NCBI GenBank assembly: GCA_963753975.1
Contig: CAVWEH010000005.1
Span: forward strand, 56,938-120,937
DNA from: an uncultured delta proteobacterium
Lineage (GTDB): Bacteria > Desulfobacterota > Syntrophia > Syntrophales > Smithellaceae
Reading direction: 5' to 3'
DNA: 64,000 bases
A program made the position numbers and the translations under genes. Under the pieces are notes generated by a model. That model worked only from the letters and a program-made list of their open reading frames with translations. It was not told the DNA's origin and searched no databases. Shown here piece after piece: positions 1 through 9,073 of this stretch (within the stretch, counting starts at the first letter, position 1; each line of letters opens with the position of its first letter).

Positions 1-2
1 CG

Positions 3-539
3 GCCGCTTACGAATGGCTGCTGGCGCAAGGGCTCCACCCGAAAAATATTATTATCGCTGGAGATTCAGCGGGCGGCACAATAACACTGGCGACAATCCT
101 TAACCTGCGCAAAAAAGATATCCCCTTCCCACGGGGTGCAGTGTGTATATCCCCGGGAGTAGATTATACGGTTATACCAGACTCTGCATACACAAATGCG
201 CTGACTGATCCAATGTTAGCCGATGTTGGCTTGTTCTGGTGGATAATCGCCTATTTAGGTGCCGAGAAACCGACCGATCCGGCCAATCCGCTTGTTTCCC
301 CATTACTCGGCGACTTCCATGGTTTCCCCCCGCTGCTTGTACAGGCTACTTCATCGGAAATTCTTTTTGAGGGGTGCCAAATGCTGGTGCAAAAGGCGCA
401 AGAGGCAGGTGTTGATGCAACCTTGCAGACATGGGATGGACTGACTCACGTTTGGCACTTATACGCTTTGGGTATATTGCCGGAAGCGCAAGAAGCAATT
501 AACAAGATAGGCGATTGGGTGCGAAATCTTTTTGCGTAA
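3..539 (+). CDS. alpha/beta hydrolase, esterase/lipase (hormone-sensitive-lipase-like fold-3 family), 5' partial
   Basis: The frame stays open to the window edge. A GDSAGG nucleophile-elbow motif translates from 60-77. The ORF-track entry 141..539 is the tail of this frame. Confidence 0.8.
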   Translation, partial: AAYEWLLAQGLHPKNIIIAGDSAGGTITLATILNLRKKDIPFPRGAVCISPGVDYTVIPDSAYTNALTDPMLADVGLFWWIIAYLGAEKPTDPANPLVSPLLGDFHGFPPLLVQATSSEILFEGCQMLVQKAQEAGVDATLQTWDGLTHVWHLYALGILPEAQEAINKIGDWVRNLFA

Positions 540-672
540 AAAAATATGGTCTAAAGCCTTAGCTTTTTATTTTTAAGAAAATGTATGAACTGGATTATGT
601 GGCATCTAAATAGCTTTACCGACAGAACAAAATATTTTTCCGTCACTAACATGATAAAAAGAGAGGGTGTAT

Positions 673-1434
673 ATGAAAGTCTTTCTAAGTTGGTCAGGAG
701 ACAGGAGCTTTGAGTTTGCGTCAATTCTTAGTGATTGGATACCGAAAGTAATCCAAGCATGCAAACCATGGCTTTCAGCAAAAGACATTGATAAAGGTGC
801 AAAGTGGTTCCCTGAAATATCGAAAGAGTTACAAGAATCGAAAGCCGGTATAATATGTTTAACTAGTGACAACTTGGATTCTCCGTGGATTCTTTTTGAA
901 TCAGGTGCTATTTCAAAAACGGTAGAAAAATCTTTTGTTTGTCCATATCTCTTAGACATCAAACCAACAGACATAAAAGGTCCATTATCCCAATTTCAGT
1001 CTACGAAAGCCGAGAAAAATGACACCCTTCTTCTAATAAAAACTATCAACAAAATTCTTGGATCAGATGCTCTACAAGAAAAACAATTGGAGTCTATTTT
1101 TTCAAAATGGTGGCCGGATTTAGAAGCAGATCTTAAGAAAATTCTACCAATAAAAAGCGGCAAGAAAGAGCAAAGATCTGATAGAGAACTATTGGAGGAG
1201 ATTCTCGAGGTTGTGCGTTCACTTATTCGTTCTGATTCTGCACAAAATATCTACTCATCAGTTCTGGCATCATTACTAACGGAGGCATCAGCATCAAGTA
1301 ATGCAACTCCAGCGACATCAATAAGTAATTATTTAAAAGAATATGTGGACCAATCATCAAAGTCAAGAGGAGTGGGACTAAGAAATGCCAAATCATTCTT
1401 AGATAGCAAAAAAAATGATCCAGGGAATAAATAA
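673..1434 (+). CDS. TIR-like domain protein (COG4271-type bacterial TIR) with an uncharacterised C-terminal half
   Basis: The N-terminal ~125 aa read MKVFLSWSGDRS...GIICLTSDNLDSPWILFESGA, matching the bacterial TIR-like pattern including the conserved Glu in FESGA. ATG 673 is preceded by GAGAGGG. The C-terminal half is helical or low-complexity with no motif I recognise. The gene is visibly AT-richer than its neighbours. Confidence 0.7.
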   Translation: MKVFLSWSGDRSFEFASILSDWIPKVIQACKPWLSAKDIDKGAKWFPEISKELQESKAGIICLTSDNLDSPWILFESGAISKTVEKSFVCPYLLDIKPTDIKGPLSQFQSTKAEKNDTLLLIKTINKILGSDALQEKQLESIFSKWWPDLEADLKKILPIKSGKKEQRSDRELLEEILEVVRSLIRSDSAQNIYSSVLASLLTEASASSNATPATSISNYLKEYVDQSSKSRGVGLRNAKSFLDSKKNDPGNK

Positions 1435-1450
1435 AAATAGAGAATGTATT

Positions 1451-1500
1451 AAGGCCAGGTCTTGGGATATAAGATTTGGTCATGATCGAAAAGTGAGGTG
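1451..1500 (+). repeat. post-gene conserved element, family 2, copy a
   Basis: AAGGCCAGGTCTTGGGATATAAGATTTGGTCATGATCGAAAAGTGAGGTG aligns by eye, nearly base for base, with 2521-2570. Confidence 0.7.
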
Positions 1501-1564
1501 AGCCACTGTCCATGAAGACCGAACAATAAGACCGGAAGCCATTCTGAAACTCAGCCGACAGTTC

Positions 1565-2509
1565 ATGGAAAGCCGAATTCTTCTTTCCGCGGCCGAGTTA
1601 AATATCTTTTCTCTCCTTGACGGAACGCCGTCAACCGCCGAAGACCTGGCAGGCCGACTGCATGCGGACTTGCGGGGACTAACAGTCCTCCTCAATGCAC
1701 TCACGTCGATGGGCTTGCTCATCAAAAAGGACAACACTTATAAACTCGCCGCCGATTCTGCACAGTTCCTCTCCGATAAGAGTTCCCGGTCTCTCCTGCC
1801 GATGATCCATCATGCGGCTCACCTCTGGGAGAGCTGGTCCGACCTTACAGCCATTGTTAACGGACCGGGATCAGCCGTAACCGCATCATCTTCAGCCCGT
1901 GACGCCGATGAACTGCGCTCCTTCATCGGAGCAATGCATGTGGTCGGGATGCCTATGGCGCAACAAATTGTGGCGGCTATCCGGCCCGGCAAGGCGAGGA
2001 ACCTGATCGATGTGGGCGGCGCCTCCGGCACCTACACCATCGCTTTTCTTCAAGCTGTTCCAAAAATGAAAGCTACGCTCTTCGACAGGCCGGCGGTAAT
2101 AGAAATAGCACGCGAGCGCGTACTTGAAGCGGGGATGTTCGACCGGGTTCGTCTTGTAGCCGGAGATTTTTATAAAGATAAACTGCCCGGCGGGCATGAT
2201 CTGGCGTTACTTTCCGCCATCATCCATCAGAGCAGCCCCGCTCAAAATGTCGAACTGTTCCGGAAGGTGCTGCGCGCCATCGTTTCCGGCGGGCGGATTA
2301 TCATCCGCGATCATGTCATGGAATCCAGCCGCACCAAGCCCAAAGAAGGTGCTATCTTCGCCGTCAACATGCTCGTGAACACAAAAGGGGGCTCTACCTA
2401 CACCTTCGATGAAATCCGCGATTGGCTCGAGAAGGCAGGCTTCGTGAAAATTCGCCTTCTCAAAACAGGTAAACACATGGATGCGTTGGTCGAAGCCTTC
2501 AAGCGTTAA
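1565..2509 (+). CDS. class I SAM-dependent O-methyltransferase (Methyltransf_2 / COMT-like)
   Basis: It has the SAM motif I LIDVGGASGTYTIAF and the N-terminal dimerisation-type helix SRILLSAAELNIFSLL. The frame is open from 1502, and the upstream translation PEAILKLSRQF looks like native N-terminus but has no canonical start codon. The 5' end is therefore uncertain. Confidence 0.8.
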   Translation: MESRILLSAAELNIFSLLDGTPSTAEDLAGRLHADLRGLTVLLNALTSMGLLIKKDNTYKLAADSAQFLSDKSSRSLLPMIHHAAHLWESWSDLTAIVNGPGSAVTASSSARDADELRSFIGAMHVVGMPMAQQIVAAIRPGKARNLIDVGGASGTYTIAFLQAVPKMKATLFDRPAVIEIARERVLEAGMFDRVRLVAGDFYKDKLPGGHDLALLSAIIHQSSPAQNVELFRKVLRAIVSGGRIIIRDHVMESSRTKPKEGAIFAVNMLVNTKGGSTYTFDEIRDWLEKAGFVKIRLLKTGKHMDALVEAFKR

Positions 2510-2520
2510 TCGGCATATAG

Positions 2521-2570
2521 AGGCAAGTCTTGAAATATAATGATTTGGTCATGATCGAAAACTAAGGTAA
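2521..2570 (+). repeat. post-gene conserved element, family 2, copy b
   Basis: AGGCAAGTCTTGAAATATAATGATTTGGTCATGATCGAAAACTAAGGTAA is a direct repeat of 1451-1500. The two copies bracket the methyltransferase gene. Confidence 0.7.
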
Positions 2571-2598
2571 ACTTGTAAGGCCTTATTAAGGTAAAGAA

Positions 2599-3096
2599 AT
2601 GTTAAAATATTGTTTCCCGGTGATAATTATTATCTTCTTTTTGCAAGGCATTGCCATTGCCGATTATTACAAATGGGAAGATGAAAATGGTGGAGTTCAT
2701 ATTACGGATTATCCGCCGCCGGCTAAATCAGTTAAAAATGTTCAAGTTCATAAATATGAATCTGAATCAAGCAATGATCCCGCACCGGCAGAAAAAAAAC
2801 AACAAGATGCATCTAAGAAAACTCCAGCTAATGAACAAAAGATAGAACAGAGGAAAAATTACGATGTCGTCTTATACACTACAAGTTGGTGCCCCTGGTG
2901 CAAAAAGGCGCGTGATTTTTTTACATCCCGGAATATTTATTTCACTGATTATGACATTGAAAAAGATAAGGAAGCCGCTCAAAGGAAAAAACAACTGGAT
3001 AGCAAGGATGGTGTTCCCTTTGCCATCATTAACGGACAATCGATACATGGATATAATCCGGTTGAATACGAAAACGCACTCCAAAAAAGCAGGTAG
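2599..3096 (+). CDS. DUF4124 domain fused to glutaredoxin-like domain (CPWC active site), secreted or membrane-anchored
   Basis: It has an N-terminal hydrophobic segment and YKWEDENGGVHITDYPP (DUF4124-like). The C-terminal part VVLYTTSWCPWCKKARDFF...VPFAIINGQSIHGYN is a glutaredoxin fold. Confidence 0.75.
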   Translation: MLKYCFPVIIIIFFLQGIAIADYYKWEDENGGVHITDYPPPAKSVKNVQVHKYESESSNDPAPAEKKQQDASKKTPANEQKIEQRKNYDVVLYTTSWCPWCKKARDFFTSRNIYFTDYDIEKDKEAAQRKKQLDSKDGVPFAIINGQSIHGYNPVEYENALQKSR

Positions 3097-3222
3097 CACA
3101 ACCGTTCCATTAATTACACTTGGCCACCCCTACATTTATTTAAAAATCATTGATTCTGTTATTATTTCAGCATATATAATAAAAACTGTTCAGTGGATAA
3201 CTTCAAAAAGAGGGATACTAAG

Positions 3223-3759
3223 ATGAAAAGCAAAGGAATATGTTTGATTACAGTGATTGTTATAATGATTATTTCTTTTTTATTTTCGGTCTATTCTTTT
3301 TCTTATCAAAATGAGCCTGATGGTTTTCGGGGAATTAAATGGGGAAGCAATATAAAAAACTTACGAGGCTTGAAGTTAGTCGAAAATCATAAAGATGAAA
3401 AATATTATATCCGCAAGGCCGATAAATTAAAAATTGGAGGAGCAGCATTAAAAAGCATTGCCTATGGTTTTCATAAAGATAGATTTTATTTTGTATATAT
3501 CAGGTTTAAGTCAATTATTAATTTTTCCAGCATAAAAGAAACACTCTTTGAACAATACGGGGCAGGCGTTCAAGATAATAAATCCAAAGAAGAATACGTT
3601 TGGCTTGGCGGGGATGTCGATATATCTTTGCAATATAATGATATATCCCAAAAGGGTAAAATATATTATTTCTTTAAGCCGATATCGCCAGAAGAAGATA
3701 GATATAAATATGAAGACAAAGATAAAAATGAGAAATCAAAAGAAGAAACCGGTGCTTGA
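3223..3759 (+). CDS. hypothetical membrane-anchored protein
   Basis: ATG 3223 follows AGAGGGA. The N-terminal TM helix is ICLITVIVIMIISFLFSVYSF. I recognise no family. The gene is very AT-rich. Confidence 0.55.
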   Translation: MKSKGICLITVIVIMIISFLFSVYSFSYQNEPDGFRGIKWGSNIKNLRGLKLVENHKDEKYYIRKADKLKIGGAALKSIAYGFHKDRFYFVYIRFKSIINFSSIKETLFEQYGAGVQDNKSKEEYVWLGGDVDISLQYNDISQKGKIYYFFKPISPEEDRYKYEDKDKNEKSKEETGA

Positions 3760-3790
3760 TAAAATTTGATCGCTGGCGAAAATTGAGACG

Positions 3791-3886
3791 AGATCAAATT
3801 CATTCTTGCAGAGGGCACCAGGATCACATTTGGATCTGCCGAACCCGTATTGTAATCTTTCTACCAATAACCATCAGTACAACACC
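3791..3886 (+). repeat. post-gene conserved element, family 2, copy c (long form)
   Basis: About 95 nt align by eye with 7360-7457. Shared blocks are ATTCTTGC, ACATTTGGATCTGCCGAACCCGTATTGTAATCTTTCTACCAATAA versus ACATTCAGATTTGCGGAACACGTATTGTAATTTTTCTATCAATAA. Confidence 0.65.
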
Positions 3887-4027
3887 TCACATTTTATGGT
3901 CAATATTTAATTGACATACAATGAACGTTTCCCCTATACTATCTTGCCGGAAAAAAAGTTCTTATTGATTCAATTTATCAATGCAAATTTAACCGTAAGT
4001 AGCTGTGGTTAACCGGTGATAATATCT

Positions 4028-7000
4028 ATGGCCGTAAAATCCAAAAAAGATCGCATTGCCGCAATGATTGCTTCCCTCAAGCGAGCAGCAGCAGGAGATT
4101 ATTCAAAGATAATCGATATCTCAGGGAAACATGATGAGCTCGATTCCCTTGCCGACGCAATAAATAATGTGCTCAAAAAAACTGACAAGCTTCTTTCCGG
4201 TCAGAAACAAACCAAAGCAAAATTGAAAACAAGCGAGAAGAGTTACAAAAATATCCTCGACAGCATGGAGGAATCTTATTTTGAGGTGGATTTGAAAGGG
4301 AATCTGGTGTTTCACAATGCTACAGTGCTCAGGCATCTTGGCTATACTTCCCGCGAGATCAATAACATAAACTTCCGGCAGCTTGTCGATGACGAGAATG
4401 CGAAAAAAGTCTTTGCAGTATTTAACAACGTCTTTCGCACCGGAGAGGCAGTTAAAGGCTTCGATTGGGAAATTCTCCGGCGGGATGGGGGAAAAATTGA
4501 TGTCGAATCGTCAGTTACCCTGAAAAGAGATGAAAAAGGCAAACCGGTCGGTTTCCGGGGCGTTGTGCACGATGTTACGAAACGCAAGCAGACTGAAGAA
4601 GAATTGAAGCGGAGCGAGGAGAGATACCGCACTATTCTGGACATCATGGGCGATGCTTATTATGAAACGGACTTGAAAGGCACATACACGTTTGTTAACG
4701 ATACCGCCTGCAAGCTTTTTGGTTATCGGCAGAATGAACTAATCGGCATGAGTTACCGCGATATTCTTACGCCGCAGATCGCCCGTTATATGAAGGAAGT
4801 TTACAGCAGAATTTACCTTAGTGGCAAGCCAGAACTGCTGATTGATTATGAAATTATCGACAAAGATGGAACCGTTAGAATCCACCAGATGAGTGCCACT
4901 TTGATGAGGGATGCTGTAGGAAAGCCAAATGGATTTCGTGCTTTGGCCTGGGATGTTACTGAACACAAAAAAGCCGAGGCCGCCCTGCGCATAAGCGAGG
5001 AGAAATACCGCAATATTCTGGAAAACATGGAAGAGACCTATCTGGAATCGGATCTGAAAGGGAATTTTGTTTTCTTCAATGACGCTTTATGCCGTATGCT
5101 GGGTTACTCCCGCGCCGAGCTTACCAATATGAACTACCGTAATTGCATTGCGCCCGAAACAATTCCGAACATATTTCAGATATTCAATGAAATTTATCGC
5201 ACCGATAAACCGAAAACAATTATCATTCATGAATTAATTGCCAAAGACGGTTCAAAAAGAATCGTGGAGGCGTCCGTCTCGCTACGCCGTGATCAGTCGA
5301 GCCAACCCGCCGGTTTCCGCGGTGTCGCCAGAGACGTGACGGAAAAGATCAAAGCGGAATTTGCCCTTAAAGAAAGCGAGAAACGCTACCGGATGATTGT
5401 GGAGAATGTCCATGATGTGGTTTTTACGGTCGATTTCAATTTCCAGTTTACCTTCATCAGTACTCACCGTTCACTATTAACGGGTTACACGCCGGAAGAA
5501 ATCAGAAAAATTCCCGTTGACAGACTAGTGACTGCTCAATCTCTGGAGTTTGTAACCAATGTATTTGCCGAGGTAATGGAATTGCAGAAAAACAGGCAAC
5601 CTACCCAAGAGTACGGATCGAGAACGCTCGAAGTGGAAGCATATCATAAAAACGGCGGCACCGTCTGGCTGGAAATTACCGCAACATTCGGCAGCGACGC
5701 GCATGGTAAACCACAGGAGATCATAGCAGTTGCTCGAAATATTACAGCACGCAAAAAGATAGAACTGGCCCTCGAGGAGAGCGAGAAACGCTACCGCATG
5801 ATTGTCGAAAACATACATGAGGTCGTCTTGACGACCGATCTCAATTTGCGCCAGATCTATGTCAGCCCGTCCTGCGTATGGCTTATAGGCTACAATCAGG
5901 AAGAGTTTATGCGTTTAGCTATTGATAAGCTCTTGACGCCGGATTCTTTTACACTGGCGCAAAATACATTGGCGGAAGAATTGACCAGCGAGTTCAGCGG
6001 TGAACCCATTGACCCGTATCGATCAAGAACCCTTGAAGTGGAATTATATCATAAAAATGGTGGCATAGTCTGGCTGGAAATCACGGCCACTTTTATCCGC
6101 GATGAAAACGGCAAACCCATCGGACTGCTAATAGCCGGCAGGGACATTAATGCGCGGAAAAAGACCGAGGAGGAAAAGGCAAAACTTGAACAGCAGCTAT
6201 TACAGGCTCAGAAGATGGAATCGGTAGGAAGGCTGGCCGGCGGAGTTGCACATGATTTCAATAATATGCTTAACGTCATTCTGGGGTATGTGGAATTATC
6301 CAAGCTGAAACTGACGCCGGGTGATCCGGTATTGAAGGATATTGAAGAGATCGAAAAAGCGGCCGGCCGTTCCAGAGATATCACTTCCCAACTTTTGGCA
6401 TTTTCCAGGAAACAGATCGTTTCGCCCAAAATAATAAATCTGAATGAACTGATATTAAGCATACAAAAAACCCTTGCCCGAGTTATCGGTGAGGACGTTC
6501 ATCTGAGTTTTTATCCTCAAGAAAACACTCTGGCAGATAAAGTTTGATCCGACGCACATCGAGCAGATTCTCTTCAACCTTGCGGCCAACGCCCGTGATG
6601 CCATGCCCGGAGGGGGAAAACTGACCATAGAAACGCAGAATGTCCGTCTGGACGAAGCTTTTTGCCGGGATCATTTGGGCTTTCTGCCCGGAGATTATGT
6701 TGTCTTAACTGTGAGTGATAATGGATCAGGAATTGATAAGGAGAATTTACAATATGTCTTTGAGCCGTTTTTCACGACCAAAGATGTGGGTAAGGGTACC
6801 GGACTGGGATTGGCGATGGTCTACGGCATTGTCAAACAGAATGGCGGATTCATCAATGTTTACAGTGAACCGGGGCAAGGGACAACTTTTAAGATCTATA
6901 TGACGCGAAGTCTGGAAATAGATGCCACTGTAGAAGAAACTAAAGAAGAGTCGGCAGTCTTCAGTCCCGCCACGATTCTTCTGGTAGAAGATGATGATAT

Positions 7001-7343
7001 GGTACGTGGCCTGATTGCTCAGATGCTGAAAGCAATCGGCTACGGCGTAATGGCCGCGGCAACTCCGGAAGAAGCTTTGTCTCTTTGCGAAAAAGGGGAC
7101 ACAACCGTGGACCTCGTTATAACGGATGTTGTAATGCCGGTAATGAACGGCAAAGAGTTAAGAGATAAGCTGAGAGTCATCAGGCCGGCGATAAAAGTTC
7201 TTTTCGTGTCCGGCTACTCCTCCAATGTTGTAGTTCATCATGGAATACTGGAAGAAGGTGTGCATTTTCTCCAAAAGCCTTTCAGCATGAATGATCTCTC
7301 CCGCAAGATCAGCGAGGCGCTCGCCGGCAAGCGAAGCTATTAA
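4028..7343 (+). pseudogene. multi-PAS hybrid sensor histidine kinase / response regulator, interrupted by a frameshift near 6521-6531
   Basis: ORF 4016..6547 carries five or more PAS-like repeats, each preceded by an SE(E/K)(K)RYR linker, plus the HisKA H-box GGVAHDFNNML. ORF 6603..7343 carries HATPase_c ([13 protein letters not shown]) and a receiver domain (LLVEDDD...TDVVMP). The second frame is already readable from 6507, giving LWQIKFDPTHIEQILFNLAANARDAMPGGG, so one protein is split by a one-nucleotide shift. Confidence 0.8.
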
Positions 7344-7359
7344 ACTTGGGACCAGGTGG

Positions 7360-7457
7360 AGTCAAATCTTTATTCTTGCCGAAGGCCTCTAGTACCACAT
7401 TCAGATTTGCGGAACACGTATTGTAATTTTTCTATCAATAATCACTTAAGCAACATC
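7360..7457 (+). repeat. post-gene conserved element, family 2, copy d (long form)
   Basis: It aligns with 3791-3886 (see that feature). It starts 17 nt after the kinase stop codon. Confidence 0.65.
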
Positions 7458-7592
7458 TTTCGATGCGAACCTGTTGCAGGCAACATAGAGAACGCTCGTG
7501 CACTTCTTGTTGTTGATTGACTGATTTTAAAAAGTATGCAATATTACATCCAATTGATGTGCTTCAATATCTTCAAATCACGGAGTGAAGAG

Positions 7593-8444
7593 ATGACGAG
7601 AAAATATTTACTGGTAATTGTTCTGTGTGCGGCGATGCTCATGGTTTCGGCGAGCAGCGGATTCTCAGCTTCTCAACGAAACTCTTCAAACACTCCCGGT
7701 AAGCTTCATCTGCGCTCCGCCGCCGCGTTGGTGGCGGACCAAGAGACCGGCGAGTTCCTGATTGAGAAACAAGCGACGGCGGTATTGCCGATCGCTTCCA
7801 TCACTAAACTTATGACCGCCATGGTGGTGCTTGATGCCGGCATCAACCTTGAAGAATCGCTTACCATCGAGCAGGGAGATATGTTCGGCCTTCGCCGCCG
7901 CGCTCGCGCCCACCTGCCGGTAGGTACTGAGCTTTCGCGCAGAGATGCTCTGCTTATTGCGCTTATGGCTTCCGATAATCGTTGTGCCCGCGCCTTGGGG
8001 CGCACATATCCGGGAGGCATCGATGCCTGTGTTGCCGCTATGAATGCCAAAGCCCAATCACTGGGACTTACCGAGACGCGCTTCGAAGACTCCACCGGAC
8101 TCTCCAGCGGCAATGTCTCCTCCGCTCGGGACCTGGTGCGGCTTGTGAATGCCGCCTACCAATATAACCTTATCCGGGAATTCACCACCTGCAATAAGGC
8201 AAATATTTTTTTAGGCCGGCGCATAGTAAAATTCGGCAACACTAATCGTTTAATTCAGAGCCCCGGCTGGCAGATAGGCCTTTCTAAGACCGGCTTCATC
8301 GGAGCAGCAGGCCGATGCCTGGTGATGCAAGCCCATGTCGCCCAGCGTCCCTTAATTATTGTGCTGCTCGATTCTCATGGTAAGCTGACCCGCATAGGCG
8401 ACGCCAACCGAATCAAACATTGGCTGGAAGGATTATCGCTGTAG
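7593..8444 (+). CDS. pbpG: D-alanyl-D-alanine endopeptidase/carboxypeptidase (peptidase S11, PBP7/PbpG-like)
   Basis: It has the SxxK motif ASITKLMTAMVVLDA, the SxN motif ASDNRCA and the KTG motif SKTGFI, plus a signal peptide after ATG 7593 (GGAG upstream). Confidence 0.85.
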   Translation: MTRKYLLVIVLCAAMLMVSASSGFSASQRNSSNTPGKLHLRSAAALVADQETGEFLIEKQATAVLPIASITKLMTAMVVLDAGINLEESLTIEQGDMFGLRRRARAHLPVGTELSRRDALLIALMASDNRCARALGRTYPGGIDACVAAMNAKAQSLGLTETRFEDSTGLSSGNVSSARDLVRLVNAAYQYNLIREFTTCNKANIFLGRRIVKFGNTNRLIQSPGWQIGLSKTGFIGAAGRCLVMQAHVAQRPLIIVLLDSHGKLTRIGDANRIKHWLEGLSL

Positions 8445-8555
8445 CAGCGGGCGCGAAAAGCAGGGAAATTATGATCAGGTCTGTCTAGAAAAGCAACTTC
8501 CCCCCTCTACCGCAAATCATATTTGGGATCACGGGTTCTATGGAACCTTCCGCTT

Positions 8556-8960
8556 ACCGATTCCAACGTATGACTCTTGTGACCTTTAGTTATGCATTCT
8601 GTTTCTGAAGTTTGGGTCTTATTACAATATAGTACCACTTGGCTTCGCACGTGGTATAATTTCCAATAGCCACCGGCTATTGGATACCACATTATGCTTT
8701 GCATAAAGGATAATTCCACTTGCGCTTCGAGCTTCACTTCATTCGCTCTTAGCGAGTGTCATTAATTCGGCTAAAAAACTTCAACGCGCCTATAGTGACC
8801 TTTAGGTTATTTGCTTTTGAAGTTTTAGTCTCATTACAACTGACAGATATTACTTCACTGCGTTTGTGGAGCACCTCTGTAAGGAGCCGAAGGCTATTTT
8901 CAAAGACGCGACATCCCGTAACGGGATAATATCCGAGTTTCATTAGAATTGGAGTTTCAC
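8556..8960. repeat. composite array of modular hairpin repeat units (family 1)
   Basis: This is a ~400-nt non-coding stretch built from units seen elsewhere in the window. GGATAATTCCACTTGCGCTTCGAGCTTCAC...AGCGAGTGTCATTAA (8708-8766) matches 19935-19992. TTCGGCTAA...TTGAAGTTTTAGTCTCATTAC matches 19779-19830. It ends with GAATTGGAGTTTCAC as at 19898-19912. There is an internal duplication of GTGACCTTTAG..TTTCTGAAGTTTGGGTCTTATTAC (8578-8626 and 8794-8840). Confidence 0.75.
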
Positions 8961-9073
8961 AAAAAATCATAGAAAAACAATACCATTTATTTTTGACAAA
9001 AGAATCCTGCGACATATATTACAGGAAAGGAGTTATGGCGCGTGTATAAAAAAAAGAGAAAGGAGAGAGCATT

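Noticed and set aside
553-580. A terminator after the esterase gene (AAAGC-CTTA-GCTTT plus a T-run).
   Set aside because: The stem is only 5 bp, which is too weak to report as a feature.
1435-8552. Classical integron attC sites after each gene.
   Set aside because: I could not find RYYYAAC / GTTRRRY core sites in the right positions. Primary sequence is conserved between copies, which is not typical for attC. No intI lies in the window. I kept this only as a cassette-like observation to be tested.
8556-8960. Possible CRISPR array, because of recurring units ending in TCATTAA / GTTTCAC.
   Set aside because: The units are not of constant length or spacing. The supposed spacers are themselves repeated elsewhere in the window. 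No cas genes are present. Copies occur singly in other intergenic regions.
8507-9015. ORF-track entries 8507..8737(-) and 8749..9015(-) as genes.
   Set aside because: They lie entirely in repeat modules, have no RBS and have no recognisable protein features.
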